Below are positions 1 to 12,249 of a DNA stretch of 53,262 nt, one piece after another. This stretch comes from Trichodelitschia bisporula (Eukaryota). A model generated the notes under the pieces. That model did not search any database. It was not told the DNA's origin and saw only the letters and a program-made list of their open reading frames with translations. The translations under genes were made by a program, and so were the position numbers. The first letter of the stretch is position 1. Each line of letters starts with the position of its first letter. The stretch is taken from the NCBI GenBank assembly GCA_010356995.1, contig ML996697.1, positions 124,001 through 177,262 of the forward strand, given 5' to 3'.

Positions 1-907
1 ACCTCCCTTTGCCATTTCCACCCTCCACGGCTCCGACGATCTGGAAATGGACGCCTCCCTCCTCATGTCGTCCACCTACACGCCCCCACTAATGGGCTCC
101 GACCTCTCACATTTCGTAGAATTACTCCTCGATCCCTCAACAATCGCCTGGCTGCGCCATACCGCGGCCCGGAAGTTCCTCACCTGGCGCTCCCGCAAGC
201 CATCATCCCTGGACAGCAGCACGGCAGGTCCCAGGTCAAATCGCCTCGTCACCCGCGGCTCAAGCATGAGCCTCGGATCCCCGACTCTCAACACAGGACA
301 CGGGCTCGCATCGCCCATGACCGACTCACCCGCCCTATTCACCTCACACACAATGATGGAGCGCATCTCACCCTTCAATCTCTCCAGCAGCGCACACCTC
401 AGTGACTTCACCCGCGCCAGCCTGCGCGACCACGCCGCGCAGGAGGAACGTCTGGCGCAGATGCAACTCGCGCGGTGGGCGGCTGAAGTCCAGCGCGCGC
501 TGCGCGCCGAGCGCGAACGCTTCGAGATGGTGGCAAAGGGGGAGAGGGCGCGGTGGTTGCTGGAGCGGATTGGCGAGGAGGTCAAGGCGGGGGGGGTGGG
601 GGTTGTTGAGGGGGGGAAGCTGGAGTTGCCGAGGTGGGCGAGTAAGAAGGAGAAGAAAGTGGCTAAGGGGAGGGGGTTTGTTGGTGAGTTACCGGCGTGG
701 GCGAGGAGGAGTGAGGAGAGGAAGAGGGTGTTTGATCCGGCTGATCCGCTTGGGCTGCTGGAGTGGGGGGATGGGGCGAGGAGGGCGGTGGGTGTTGTTG
801 TTAGGGTTTTGGAGGGGGGGGTGGTTGTGGGTGCGGTTTGGTGGGCTGTGGCGCGGATTTTGGGGTGGGATCAGGAGAGGGGGGGGTGGTTGCCTGTGTG
901 GTGGTGA
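1..907 (+). CDS. 5'-truncated fungal protein, C-terminal part (coiled-coil segment plus C-terminal hydrophobic helix, possible tail anchor)
   Basis: Frame is open from the window start (PPFAISTLHGSDDLEMDASLLMSS...) to TGA at 905-907. It has a helical QLARWAAEVQRALRAERERFE segment and a terminal hydrophobic VVVGAVWWAVARILG stretch. Function not recognised. Confidence 0.7.
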   Translation, partial: PPFAISTLHGSDDLEMDASLLMSSTYTPPLMGSDLSHFVELLLDPSTIAWLRHTAARKFLTWRSRKPSSLDSSTAGPRSNRLVTRGSSMSLGSPTLNTGHGLASPMTDSPALFTSHTMMERISPFNLSSSAHLSDFTRASLRDHAAQEERLAQMQLARWAAEVQRALRAERERFEMVAKGERARWLLERIGEEVKAGGVGVVEGGKLELPRWASKKEKKVAKGRGFVGELPAWARRSEERKRVFDPADPLGLLEWGDGARRAVGVVVRVLEGGVVVGAVWWAVARILGWDQERGGWLPVWW

Positions 908-1260
908 GCTGGGGTTGTCTCTTCTACCTCTACGGGTACATTTTGTGGCCCAAGGTGGAGTGTGGAAGATGGTTGCTGAGCGGGCGTTTTTGGGCAGGTC
1001 ATCATGAGGGATGGGGACTGGGTGTAGTGTAGTTACTCTCCGATCTGGGGGTACTCTCCAATCCGGTGGGAGTTTTGGGGCTGCTGGTTTGGCGAGATGG
1101 TGCGAAATGCATCGTGAGCCTTTAGTCATATCCTTTCCACTTTCCACTTTTCTCTATAACTCTATGAGTATGAGCATCGTATGCTCTTCAACTGAGATAT
1201 CACCAACCAAGCGTGGGGAATTACTATGTTCCTTGTTCATTCCTTGTCTCTTCCGTACAC

Positions 1261-1428
1261 TCTGATGTGGTTAACCCTTATGGAAGGAGCATTCTTATGT
1301 AAGCAGGGACATGATGTAACGCGAGTATGATGGAAGGAGGGAGTAAAGGAGGATACCTGGCATCGTGTATTTAAACCTCGAGAGTCTCCGACTCCCTTCA
1401 TCTCCTCGTCTTCCAATTCAACTTCACA
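1261..1428. mobile_element. Dispersed ~165-bp repeat, solo-LTR-like, copy 1
   Basis: Aligns by eye to 38133-38299 (ungapped 83-nt core, 67/83 identical). Both copies end in TTCACA, and this one has a TATTTAAA box followed by a CT-rich tract. No TSD found. Confidence 0.6.
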
Positions 1429-2277
1429 ATTACCATATTGTATGCACGTACCGTGAGCCTGTCAGTACACACACTCAGCTGCGCCTCTGAGCTTCTTGAC
1501 ACCATGTCATCAAAAGCTCTTGCATCCATCGCCGCAACATCAACCAGTCTATGCATCAAAGAGCGGACGCTCCCGTTCCCGTCCGCATTCGTCAAGTCTT
1601 CGGAGCAGTACCTATGTTAGACAACGTTTTGATATCCTCGGAACCCTGGATACCGCCAAGTGGCAGATGAAAGGAATCTCATCTCCCCTACAAAAAAATC
1701 TCCGAAGTCGAACTCCCTGTGGGGCGTCCCGGGGAACAACAAGTTAACGTACCTCGAGTAGCAATTCAGCGGCCTCGGGCAACCACCCTACGCATATTCT
1801 TCCCGCCGCTAACGCGGCCGTTGCAGGCCCGAGATCCGGGATAGGGGGAGGGTAAGATTGCGGATTTGCGCGTCCTGATTTACGAGGCCTGCTGGGTGTT
1901 GGCCGCGGAAATTTGCTAGAGAAGGGCGAGCTTCCGATGCGGGATGGGAATGCGTTTTCGGTGGTCTTTGAGGTCCTGGGAACCTTTCGAGGACGGGACC
2001 TCGGGATTGCGCCGGGATGCAAATTGTGATGACGTGCGCTTATATGGCGTGGCCGTAGCGGCGATGGATCGTGCGCATCTAGAATTCTAGACTGCTAGGT
2101 TGGTGCTTGATGCCCTCCCTCACCCATCCCAATCACGCAACTTACGCTCTCTGGTTGACGCAGACACACAGACACACAGACGCAGCACTTGCGGTTAGAG
2201 TATCATATGGAAGCTTGCTCAATTTGCAATTATGTACAATGCTAACGCCCGCAAAGCTTTTTTCCACCACCCCGATA

Positions 2278-5200
2278 TCATGCCCGATGCCGTCGTCGCC
2301 GCGCCGAGGCAGGACGTGCGACTGATGGCGCTGATTCACTCTCCCCGCCCTCGTCGGGCACTCTGTCCTCCAGCGTGCCCGCGGCAATGGTAAGGCGTCC
2401 GTCTGGCTCCGGCGCCGTGCTATTACCCTGCGCGCCATCGGTGGCTTCAACCGCGGTGTCTGAAACGAAGTTCCCGCGGCCGCCGAGCAGCGACCAGCGA
2501 CTATCCGCGATCTGATGTATGGGGGTAGTAGCATGGCTGCCATCGCAATACAGCACCCACCCATCCAGATTCTTAAGCTTAATAACCGTTTGAAAGTTCC
2601 GCATCTGCAGCTTGCGACTATCCTTGTCCGCGCACCAGCGCTTCCTTGTCGTGTCCGGCAGTGTCTGGGGCTTGTTGACCGGGTACTCGATGTGGAAGAC
2701 GGGTTTGTTGTCCTTGGCCGTGAAGCTCTCGTATATGCCGCACTCGTTGTTTTTGACGCATTCTTCGTTGACGGCGAAGTGCACGAGGTGCTTGACGTCC
2801 GGGAGGATTTCGAGGCCATTTTTGAGACCGAGGGCCAGGTTGTAGTTGGCGGCGGTTTTGGAGAGGAATTGGACGAAGTTGATGGAGTCGCGCTTTGTTA
2901 GGCCAACGCCGCCGCCTGCTGCGCCGTAGCCATCTAGCCTGGTCAGCTTGTGCCGAAGACAGCCATATGCCCAAACCACAACTCACCGATATTATCCGGA
3001 TCCACAGCATCACACCCCTTCTCTCTCGCCAACTTAATCCGATTCTCAATTATCCGCCTCACGCTCCTACTCGGCAAGCGCAGCCACTTCTCATTCGGCC
3101 ACTGCGCCAGCCTATTCCCCTTATCCACCGTCGCAAACTCCTTCGAATCAGGTCTATTCGGTTCATACGTCCCGCCGCTGAAATAACACACCACTGTCTT
3201 GTTCAGCCGCTTCATGGTCTCGATGGTGCGCTTCTCTGTTCTGAAGAGGTCGACGTCGTAGATGTCGGCTTCGGGGACCATGCGTGTGGCGTCGGGCTTT
3301 AGGTCCGGCACGCCGGAGAGGATGATTTGGAAGGTGGGCCCGATGCGGGGGTTGCGGATTTTGGGGTTCCAGGGGCCGTGGGTTGAGGCTGCGGTTGCCG
3401 TGCTGCGGGCGCTGGTGCGCGTGGGCCGGAAACCGCTGGCGGTGGAGCGGGAGGTGGTGCTGCTTTTTGGGGGGGTGGAGGCGGAGCGGCTGGTGCTGCT
3501 TGTGCTCTGAATTGTGCTGAGGGTGGTGGGAACGGTGCTGAGCGTAGCTTGCGTCGTCTCACTGGTAGTCGAGCTAGTTGCCGTGGGGCGAGGCGCGGTA
3601 GGGCGTGGTGTAGTAGGACGAGGCGTGGAAGACGCACTCGATGCCGATTGTACCACGGAGCTCGAGAACCCGGATGATGTTGAGGCCGAAGACGTACTGC
3701 TCGCGGTCCGCGTACTAGTAGCCAAACTGCTGATTGGGAACAGCGTGATCAGCGTCTCTACACCCGCATTCATGTCCCAAACTTCCCCCGCCGTTGCCGA
3801 AGTCGTAGACGTAGATGCCGAGCTAGCCGGGGAAGGCGCCGAACTAGCCGGGGAAGACGCCGAACTGACGGAAGCCGATGTTGAGTTGACCGCTGGCACA
3901 CCCGTCCCGCCGCTCGCCGACAATGACACCGAAGCCGTGCTTGGAAGCCCCGTCGCGGCATCGTCCCAAGTCCAGGATGTTGATATCGAGCCGGTGCTTG
4001 AGGTGGAAGCGGAACTGGTCCGCGCTGTGGATGCAATATTGGGGCGGGGGATGGACGCCGCGGTAGTTCGTATTGTTGAGGTGGAGCTGATACGAGAAGT
4101 AGACAAGCTAGAACTAGTCTGCGTTGTGGACGGCGTGCTGGTGCGCGGGTTGGGAGGCTGGGTAGTCTGCGCCGTTGTAGACTGGCCGCTTGGTGCCGTT
4201 GGAGACGCGTCCCAGGCCCAGGAAGGCGATGTCTCACTGGTGGGTGAAGTGGACGCCGGACTAGTCCGCGCTGTGGAAGTTTGACTGCCTCTCGTTACTG
4301 TTTCGCTCGCAACGCCCGTACCCCAGGTTGCTCCGTCGACTGTTTCTGCTGCACTTGAAATCGTGAGCTCTTCTGCTGTCGTAGTTGTTGGCACCTCAGT
4401 ACTCGGTGGCACCTCTGCTTTCGTGGTCGTCGGCACTACTGCACTCGTCGTCGTCCGCGCACTGCTCATCGTTCGCTCACTCGTAGTCGTCCGCACACTA
4501 CTCGTCGTCCGCGAACTACTACTCGGCCTCGGCGCCTGCCCATTCGGCCCCGCACTCTTGGGTCCCGGCCCTTGACTCTTCGGTCCCTGTCCCGCACTCT
4601 TCGGTCCCGCACTCTTCGGTCCCGGTCCCTGCCCCTTCGGCTGCCCCGTACTCTTAGCCCCCTGACTCTTCCCCCCGGTCGTCACCCCACAAATCGTACT
4701 CCCACACACCGGCCGACTCGTCTCCGTCCGCGGACTCCAATCCACACTCACCGTACTCCACGCATACGGGGCCCCACGGCTGGTCGTCCGTGGCGCGGCT
4801 TGCGTCGGTGCCTGTGTCGGTGCCGCTTGTGTATGCTCAGGCTCTGGCGCTGGGAGTGTGCTTTCCGTTGCCTGTGTTTCTATTCCCGCGTCCCGCGGTG
4901 AGGAGGAGGGGAGGGTGGGTGGGAGTGTGCTATCCGTCCCGTGAGCTGTGGGTGCGTCTGCGCCCGGTGCGGCGCCGTTGTCCTGGATAGTCCATGTCTC
5001 GGGGTTACTCCCGCCCGGGCCGGTAACCGGTATCTCAGGCGGCGCGCTCGGCTCCGGCTCGCCACTGGGCGCCTCCGCGGTCCAGGCCTGGGGCGTTGGG
5101 GCTGCAGGTCTAGGCGTAGCCGGCCTAGGCGTAGCCGGTCTTGGTGTAGCAGGTCGCGGTGCATTACCCTTCGGAATCTGCGACAGCCCGGGAATGCTCG

Positions 5201-5324
5201 GGAGCTGCGGTAACTGGCCACCGAAGAACCCGCCAAGATTGCCTAGGGAGCCTGGGTTGAAGTTGCCGAATTGGGCGGTGGCGAGGAGAGCGAGCGGGGC
5301 GGTGGTTAGGAGAGGTGGGCGCAT
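2278..5324 (-). CDS. Secreted GH114 endo-alpha-1,4-polygalactosaminidase (Ega3-like) with long Ser/Thr/Pro-rich N-terminal stalk; exons 5324-2987, 2933-2278
   Basis: Signal peptide MRPPLLTTAPLALLATA. GH114 motifs FQIILS, YDVDLF, VVCYFSGG, CDAVDPDNIDGY (joined across the 53-bp intron 2986-2934, GTGAGT...CTGAC...TAG), GLKNG, AVNEEC and KPVFHIEY. Confidence 0.9.
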
Positions 5325-8300
5325 TGTGTATTTGTTTTATGGTGTGGGCCGCGCTGGGCTGGTGGGATTATAATGGCTGGTGGGGCATGGCGTGGTGTGC
5401 TGGTCTTCGTGGAGGGGAGGTGAGACCGCGCGTGGTATATATTGCTCTGCCCGATGGCGATGACGATGCGCAATGTTCAGATCCACGCCTCGCTAAAAGA
5501 GCGGAAAGGCCAACGAGCCAGCAAGACCAAAAAGGAGCGACAGCTGTAGAAAAGAGGAAACGGGAAAGAAAACGCCGCACATGAGCAGTGCGGGAAACAC
5601 CGCCCTGCCCTCCAATATACATCTTTTCCACACCTCGTGGCCCGCGCAGAAACGGGCCCGTCCCTGCCAGCCTGCCAGCACCCGCTCGCCCCTCGGCCCT
5701 ACCGGGGGGCTATAACGCTGTATGACAAGAATAACACGACCCGCCCGCCGTCACGACTCCTATATGCAAGCAATATACGCCGCCGGCACCGCGCACATGT
5801 CCGCGCGCAGCAGGCCCGTTCCCCACCTTCGACCAACCGCCCGCAGCGATGAGAGACCAGGAAACCCCGGCGGCGAAGGCCCGTTGCGCAACACCGTTTC
5901 ATAAGAATGATGGCACCTGGCACGCAACCGTGGCTGCAACCGTGATATAACGGACGGGACAAGCAACACCCTTCCCTTCCCCGCTCCCCACAGCGCCAAG
6001 GCTGGGGAACGGGATCGCAGCGGGCGGCGCAGCGGCGACAAGGCTGGACCGAAGCGGGGCGGGAGAGTTCACATTCCCTCGCCTTAACAGGTGCGCATTT
6101 CACACCAACCCCGACTCCTCGCCTCGTAGCACAGATGATCACGGCTTAACAAATCGCAAACAAACGCTCCCCCCTTCCCCGTGCGGCCCGTGCTAACTTG
6201 CTCTTCATGTACATATACACCACCGCCAGCCACCTTCCGCACACAGGTACCCAATCTCACCCCCAGCACTTCACCTTGTGGACAGCGCCGCGCGGGGCTC
6301 CCCTCAGCCGGCCTCCGACCGCGCCGGCGCTGGCGGGTGCGCACGTTAGCAATCTATACCGCCGTTTTGCCCGCTGGGCAGGGTTGGCGGAGAGAGGAGG
6401 GGAGAGCGAAGAAAGGGGAGGGCCAAGGAAGAAAGGGAAGGAGGAAGGAACCAGGGCAAAAAGCGACAGGGGAGGATGTCGAGATTTTAAAGTACGACTA
6501 ACCCCATGGGTATATTTGCCCTACTATAGCCAACCCATTTTCCCCTCTCCACGACGGCGCTGCGCCGAGGAGGAGGGGTCATGAGGTTTAGCACGCGGGG
6601 AGGATGCGTCTAGAAGGTGTTTGCGGCTGGGATGATGGTGGGGTCGAACGGGATCCGCAGGGCGGGGGACGGGGGAGGGGGGGGAAGCAACGCCGCGTGA
6701 ACGTTTGATGTAAATATCGTTTGGCGACGAGGAGTTTGCCTGCTGGTGGGGTTGGTGTTTGTTTTGTGCTGCTGACCTAGCGGTGATGCGATTGAGCATC
6801 ACATCGGACGTTATATCCCACAACGGGTAACCTAAGTGCTGTGATTGAGACGCCCTGCGCCATGGGCACTGCGCGGAGTCGCAGTTTGCCCGACCCAGTC
6901 AGCGGGCAATGGCGCCTCATCTACCGGAGGGCAGGCAACTAACCGAGCAGGCCGGGCAAACAGGGGACAGGGATCGCGCGTAGGGCAATATTCTTATATT
7001 CCCCATGCGCTAGGCAATATAAGTCCCACCCAACACGGAGGATGAAAACCGGTACCGTGAATGCCTCGCGTAGAATTGCCAGATATTGCCCAAGCCGCCG
7101 TTACATAACGCGATCAAGTAACGAAGATCTGGGCTCTCTGTCTGGGCTCTTGTCTAGCTTCAGGGCTGGGGTGGGAAATATGTGGTGAGGGATGGTGACG
7201 CCACAAGGGCTGCGAGGAACGTGTGGCGGGATATTAAGCCGTGCCGGGAAGGGCAGCGCTTGCGTTTACGCGGCGGACGTTGCGGAGAAATGGCAATGCG
7301 AGCCGTCGTTATTCCCAAAGTCCTTAGGCTTGGGGCCTTGGTTGGCGGAGGGTCGAAATGGGCGGGCCGGAGGCCTCCAGAGTGCCATTCTCGGCATGCC
7401 GGCGGAGGAACGGAGCGGGTGTAGTGTGTTTGAGTGCGGACATCTTTTATAGTTTTAATGTTCCCCCGCCTGACATCGAGTTGTAGCCCAGATGCTTCAA
7501 TTTAATCCCCGGACCAAAAGAAGATCGATGGGCACGAGCGCATCTCCCCTTCCGCCACTTTAGCTTTTGGAAAGGCTGGCGCTTGCTCGATGTGGATGAG
7601 CTCGGGGATGGGATCGACGAGCTGATTCTGCTTTACTGCGAATGCGCGTGTGGCGACTGTGCGTGTAGCGCGCTACATCCAGCATCGAACAAGAGACCAC
7701 ACCGGTGTGTCAGTGAGTATGTCCATTGGCAACGGTGATGCAATCTGGGAGAGCGGGTCACACCTCTGTCTCTGGCTCCGACTAGTCAAGCTCCAGCTCA
7801 TCGGCTCACTACGATCAACGACCTCATCCGGGTTGACCTTATCAAAAACGATAATGCTAATACTTGGAGTCGAAGCATCTTGTGTTTTGAGGAAGAAAAT
7901 GGAAGTTGGAAGAGAACCATCCGAGTGAGAGCGCTGGGTGATTGCCAAGGCGCTCCCCGAGAGCGACTTCCACCCAGAGACGGCTGGTCTCTTCCTGAGG
8001 GGTGATAGCAATAGCAAGGGTTATAGCAGCAAATGACGTATCGCGAAAGCTCCTGCCGGCTCACAATGGTTGGAGGCTGTGTTACAGGGATCGTTCTTCC
8101 CCGCATGGGCGAGGCTGAGATCGGACGATATCCGAAAAGGGTAAGGCGCCTTCTCACCTTGCGCTCCCGCATTATCACGTCCTCTCTCCAAGGCAGAGCC
8201 CGATGCTCTGATATGCCACAAGGCATCCAAGTTATTAGAATAGAGCGGAGACGGAGTTGACAAGTCGAACAACGATGTGATGACTTGGTACTCATTCGTC

Positions 8301-8697
8301 TAACCACAGGGAGCAAAAATCACCACCGCCACCATCACAGTACACACGACCACATTCGTAGATATCGATCGAGAGAATATGCCCGCATGGTATACCCGTG
8401 CAGTATACTGGCCACGGGCTTAGGTACATTAAGGGCTCATAGGGGCAACCTCAGGCCCCGAGGCGGTAGAGGACGCTGTCAATGGGGAGTGATGGGTTCA
8501 AGGGCTGGGCGGAAAGATGATAGCCATCCATCGTCTATGGATACCTCACCGAAAATAGTGTCATCACCAACATCAAGCTAGTATTTCGTCAAGCTACCTA
8601 ATAGCTTGCAATCTATTGAGGTCGAGCAAACTAGCTAGTTCTAACTAGTGGGACCTCGAGAAATTCAATTGCTATTGTACAGCCGTTACTTCAAGAT

Positions 8698-9971
8698 TCA
8701 CACAGGAGCGTGTGGCCATTGCGGCCCCGTCGGCACGAGAATCATGAACGAAGGGTTGTCAGGGTCTGTGAAATAGTTGTGTAGCAAGTGGATCATTATA
8801 CTCTTTTCCATGAGGTATAGCTTGGGGGCTCCTTCGGCCGGCGAAGACATCCGAAGGCGTGTTACTGCTCCACCGCACGGACGCGGTAACGCTTGTCGGT
8901 TGGTGGCTCCACCATTCCATCCACTTATATTGTTTTGCGGACCCGGTCGAAGGGATCGATGTAACGAGAGCCCCGCAAGCCGCTCAAGGGCATATTCAGG
9001 CAGAGGACGCTGTGTTTGCGTTTCGTCTTTGTTGTTTTTGAAAAGGCGAACGAGGAGCTGAGCCTGGGAAAAGGCCTCGTAGAGGCGCCACGACAGTGAG
9101 AATGGGGGGCATGTCGGGGGATGAGATAAAAGGATCATGCCCAACTGCCCCAGGGCTCTTCGTCGTCGCGGCGTATGTAGCCGGTGACTGTACGCCAACG
9201 GGGTCTTCCGGGATAACGGGCTCATCCAGTTTATCCAGAACATTGAGTTGTTCAAGGACGGGGACGTCAAGAACATCGACTTCTTTAAGAATGGCGACGT
9301 CAGCAACATCGAGTTCTTTGAGAAAGGAGATGTCAGAAACGACGGAGTCGTCAGGAACGGAGACTTCAGGAACGGAGACTTTAGGAACGGCGGAGTCCTC
9401 GACGGAGACGTTAGGAATACCGGAGTCCTCAAGAGCGGAGACGTTAGGAATACCGGGGTCCTCAGGAACAGAGACGTTAGGAATACCGGAATCGTTGACG
9501 ACGCGCTTGTCCTTGACGATGGCTCATCCTTAACGATGCACTCGTCCGTTATGTTGGGAAGCTTGACGCGAATCTTTGTCGTTTCCGTTGCAAAGTCCTC
9601 CAGGATCCCGACTATCTGCCCATCACAGAACTCAGCGGCCGGCAATGTCGACAGGTGCAGCTTTCTCAACTGCCATGATGTATAAAAGCAGAGAAGTGGG
9701 ACGCAATGGCTGGGGCGCTCAGCGTTTCGATCCGAACATGCTCGACGATTTGGGCGGTCTCAACATCCTCGAAGGCTTCGGTGGTCTCAGCAGCGCAACG
9801 CTCAGGAACTGGCGTAAGCGCATATATACTTGGAGGATATAGCGCGAACGTATATACTACGAGTATGCAGCCTATCGCGGACTTCACGAGTCGGTGTGCT
9901 GTACAATGCTTAGCGCATTGTTGATCAGTAGTCGGAGAGAGACATACCACATACAATGGGAGCAGAGACAT
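8698..9971 (-). pseudogene. Decayed, frameshifted paralogue of the 10799-13989 acidic repeat-protein locus
   Basis: TATA-like box at ~10057-10062, CT-rich leader, ATG at 9971 and a canonical-looking intron at 9947-9899. AVEKAAPVD/LPAAEFCDGQIVGILED (across a frameshift) matches MVEKAVPPDVVPVAEVCGVQTVPIFEE at 11614. A second frameshift near 9520 leads into acidic repeats (DSGIPNVSVPEDPGIPNVSALEDSGIPNVSV). The 3' boundary is uncertain. Confidence 0.5.
9240..9495. repeat. Degenerate ~33-bp tandem repeat (GGAGACGTTAGGAATACCGGAGTCCTC-like core)
   Basis: Three near-identical GAGACGTTAGGAATACCGG copies at ~9404-9490, with more degenerate units to the left. Confidence 0.8.
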
Positions 9972-11342
9972 GACACGTACAGAAGGTCACGGTGCAAGCG
10001 AGAGATTTGTGAAGAGATGAGGAGAGGAAGGGTTTGCGAGGCGCCCCAGACGAAATATATAAGGGGGCAATCTCCCCGGATGCTCCTTCCTTCTGCCATG
10101 ACCACGTCATCTCTGCCTGCCTCCGTTGTGTGTACATTACATCATTCGCGCCTTCCTGTGGCCTTGTACCCTTCTCAAGAGTCATATGCTCCTTCCAACT
10201 GTAATTATGATGCCTTAGAGTCATACCAACGTACATGCCTTTATGCCTTGTTGCCTCAAGTATCCATACCACCAAACCATCGTTGGCGTAGAATCCGTCT
10301 CCGAAACGCTGATGTTTGCGGACTGGGCGTCGGCGGGTATTCTTCACTACCGAATCGACAGAGGCAGTATCGAAGCAGTCCAGTAAATGCTCGTGCATTA
10401 CATATACAAGCGTAGTGTGGTTCAGAGGGGCACCCTCCGGCTCCAGCGCGGTGGAGGACGCTATCACTCGGGAGTAACAGGTCCCTCGGAGTTAGCCCAG
10501 TTCATGCGATACACGCAGAAAAAGTGCATGAAAGGTGCAAAACGAACAGTTCATTTGGATTACAGTAAAGCCGTTGAGGATGGGGTAGAGGAGAGAATTC
10601 TCAAATGCCCAATCTACGTACAATGTATCCTCCCTCATGTTTTCCTTTCTCAACCGCCTCCCGGTATGAGCAAATCACTGCCTCGGGAATCACGCATCCT
10701 TCTGTCCTCCATGTGAGCATCACCAGTATGCCCAACACCCGTCCCGGATGCCGCTACTCGTGTGCCCCGGCCCATCGTCAGCAGCTGTATTCATCTGCCT
10801 AGCTACGTTTAAAGAGATTGCCGAGCCTCTTCCTAGGAATCAACTTCTTAACAGCGGAGGTTAAGCGTGACATCCGTGAGCGACCCCCCGCATCTTTCTG
10901 GTTGAGATTTTTGAGCGAGGCAGCCTCAAGGGATTGTGGAGAAGGAGGATCCACCGGCTCTGGTAAACTAAGTGACGAGGCATCTTGAAGAACTGATGGG
11001 ACAGCTGGCGCTGCATCACTAGTATCTAAACTCAGGTCTGGCTCAGGCGCCGCGGGGATGTAAAACAAAACGGCGCCGTCGCTGGTCCTAACCATACAGA
11101 CGCCTTCCAAGGGGTCAGCGGTGGTCGGTGTCCAAGCCGCAGCAAGCACTTTTGTCTCTGATTCCTCAGATGCCTCCGACTGAGTTTCCTCAAAAACTTT
11201 TACCTCCGACGTGTCAATTCCGGCAGGCGGAATTTGAGGCATCGCCGGGGACGTCTCCACCGTAAGCACGGGGGACTCCACGGGAGACGAAGCATTCACG
11301 GCGTCGGCAATGTTCCCAGGGTTTTTTTGGGCAGTGGAGGGT

Positions 11343-11438
11343 GAGTCGGCTTCTGCGTCCTCAGCGGAGTCGGTTTCTGCGTCCTCAGCGGAGTCGGCTT
11401 CTGCGTCCTCAGCGGAGACGGCTTCTGCATCCTCAGCG
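11343..11438. repeat. 24-bp tandem repeat x4 (encodes AEDAEADS on - strand)
   Basis: GAGTCGGCTTCTGCGTCCTCAGCG repeated four times with few substitutions. Confidence 0.95.
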
Positions 11439-12249
11439 GCAACGGCGGGCATCTGGGTTTCAACGTCGTTGGGGATGCTGTCCGTCTTGATGATAACGTC
11501 CAAAACAACAGGCCGATCCAGGGCAACGCGTTCTTCCTCAAAGATAGGGACTGTCTGCACACCGCAGACTTCCGCAACCGGCACTACGTCAGGAGGCACA
11601 GCTTTTTCAACCATCGCAGACTGAGCTACAACTCAGGCCCATGACCGGGCAGGGGACCGGGTCGGAATTTCCAGAGGCAAGACCGTCGCCTCGGTGGTGA
11701 TGCCAGGGAGCGCCGGCGACTCATCCCAAATTTTTACCTCCGTGCGCAAAGAGGAGGGGGCATGATTTCCCAGGCGGCCAGACTTGACCATGTAGCGGTC
11801 ATGCTCGTCCCACTTCTGAATGTACTCGCGAACCTCCGCCCACGTAGGAATGTGGTCAGACTGCCAATACCGCTCGTAGTAAATATGCCCCTCTGGATTG
11901 CACTCGTACATGAGGTTGACGGGCTTGGGCTCAGCGGCGGTCTCGGGCTTGGGCTTGACAGCGGCTTCAGCTTCCACGTCGGTGTTAGGCTCGAGGCTAA
12001 CCGGAGTATCTTGCTCCATATCGGTGTCAGGCGCGAGATCAACCGGAGCATCTTGATCGATGGGTTTAGGCTGCACCACAAGCCATGCCCAAGATCCCGA
12101 GGGGGATGGAACCGGAATATCAGAAGCGATTACCACGGTCGTGGTGTTGCTACCTGGAAGCGTAGGCCATTCATCTTCGGACACGGATTCGTTTTGCTCC
12201 TCACACTCGATTTGAGGGTCTGCCTCGGTCTCGTCCTGATCCTGGCCCA

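Noticed and set aside
7673..8316. Overlapping minus-strand ORFs as a gene
   Set aside because: No recognisable motif, codon bias or consistent splice structure. At most a decayed relic.
8698..9685. 323-aa minus ORF (PVFLTSP repeats) and 145-aa plus ORF (GDVRNTGV repeats) as real proteins
   Set aside because: Both look like alternative-frame readings of a tandem repeat. The acidic third frame fits the neighbouring paralogue better.
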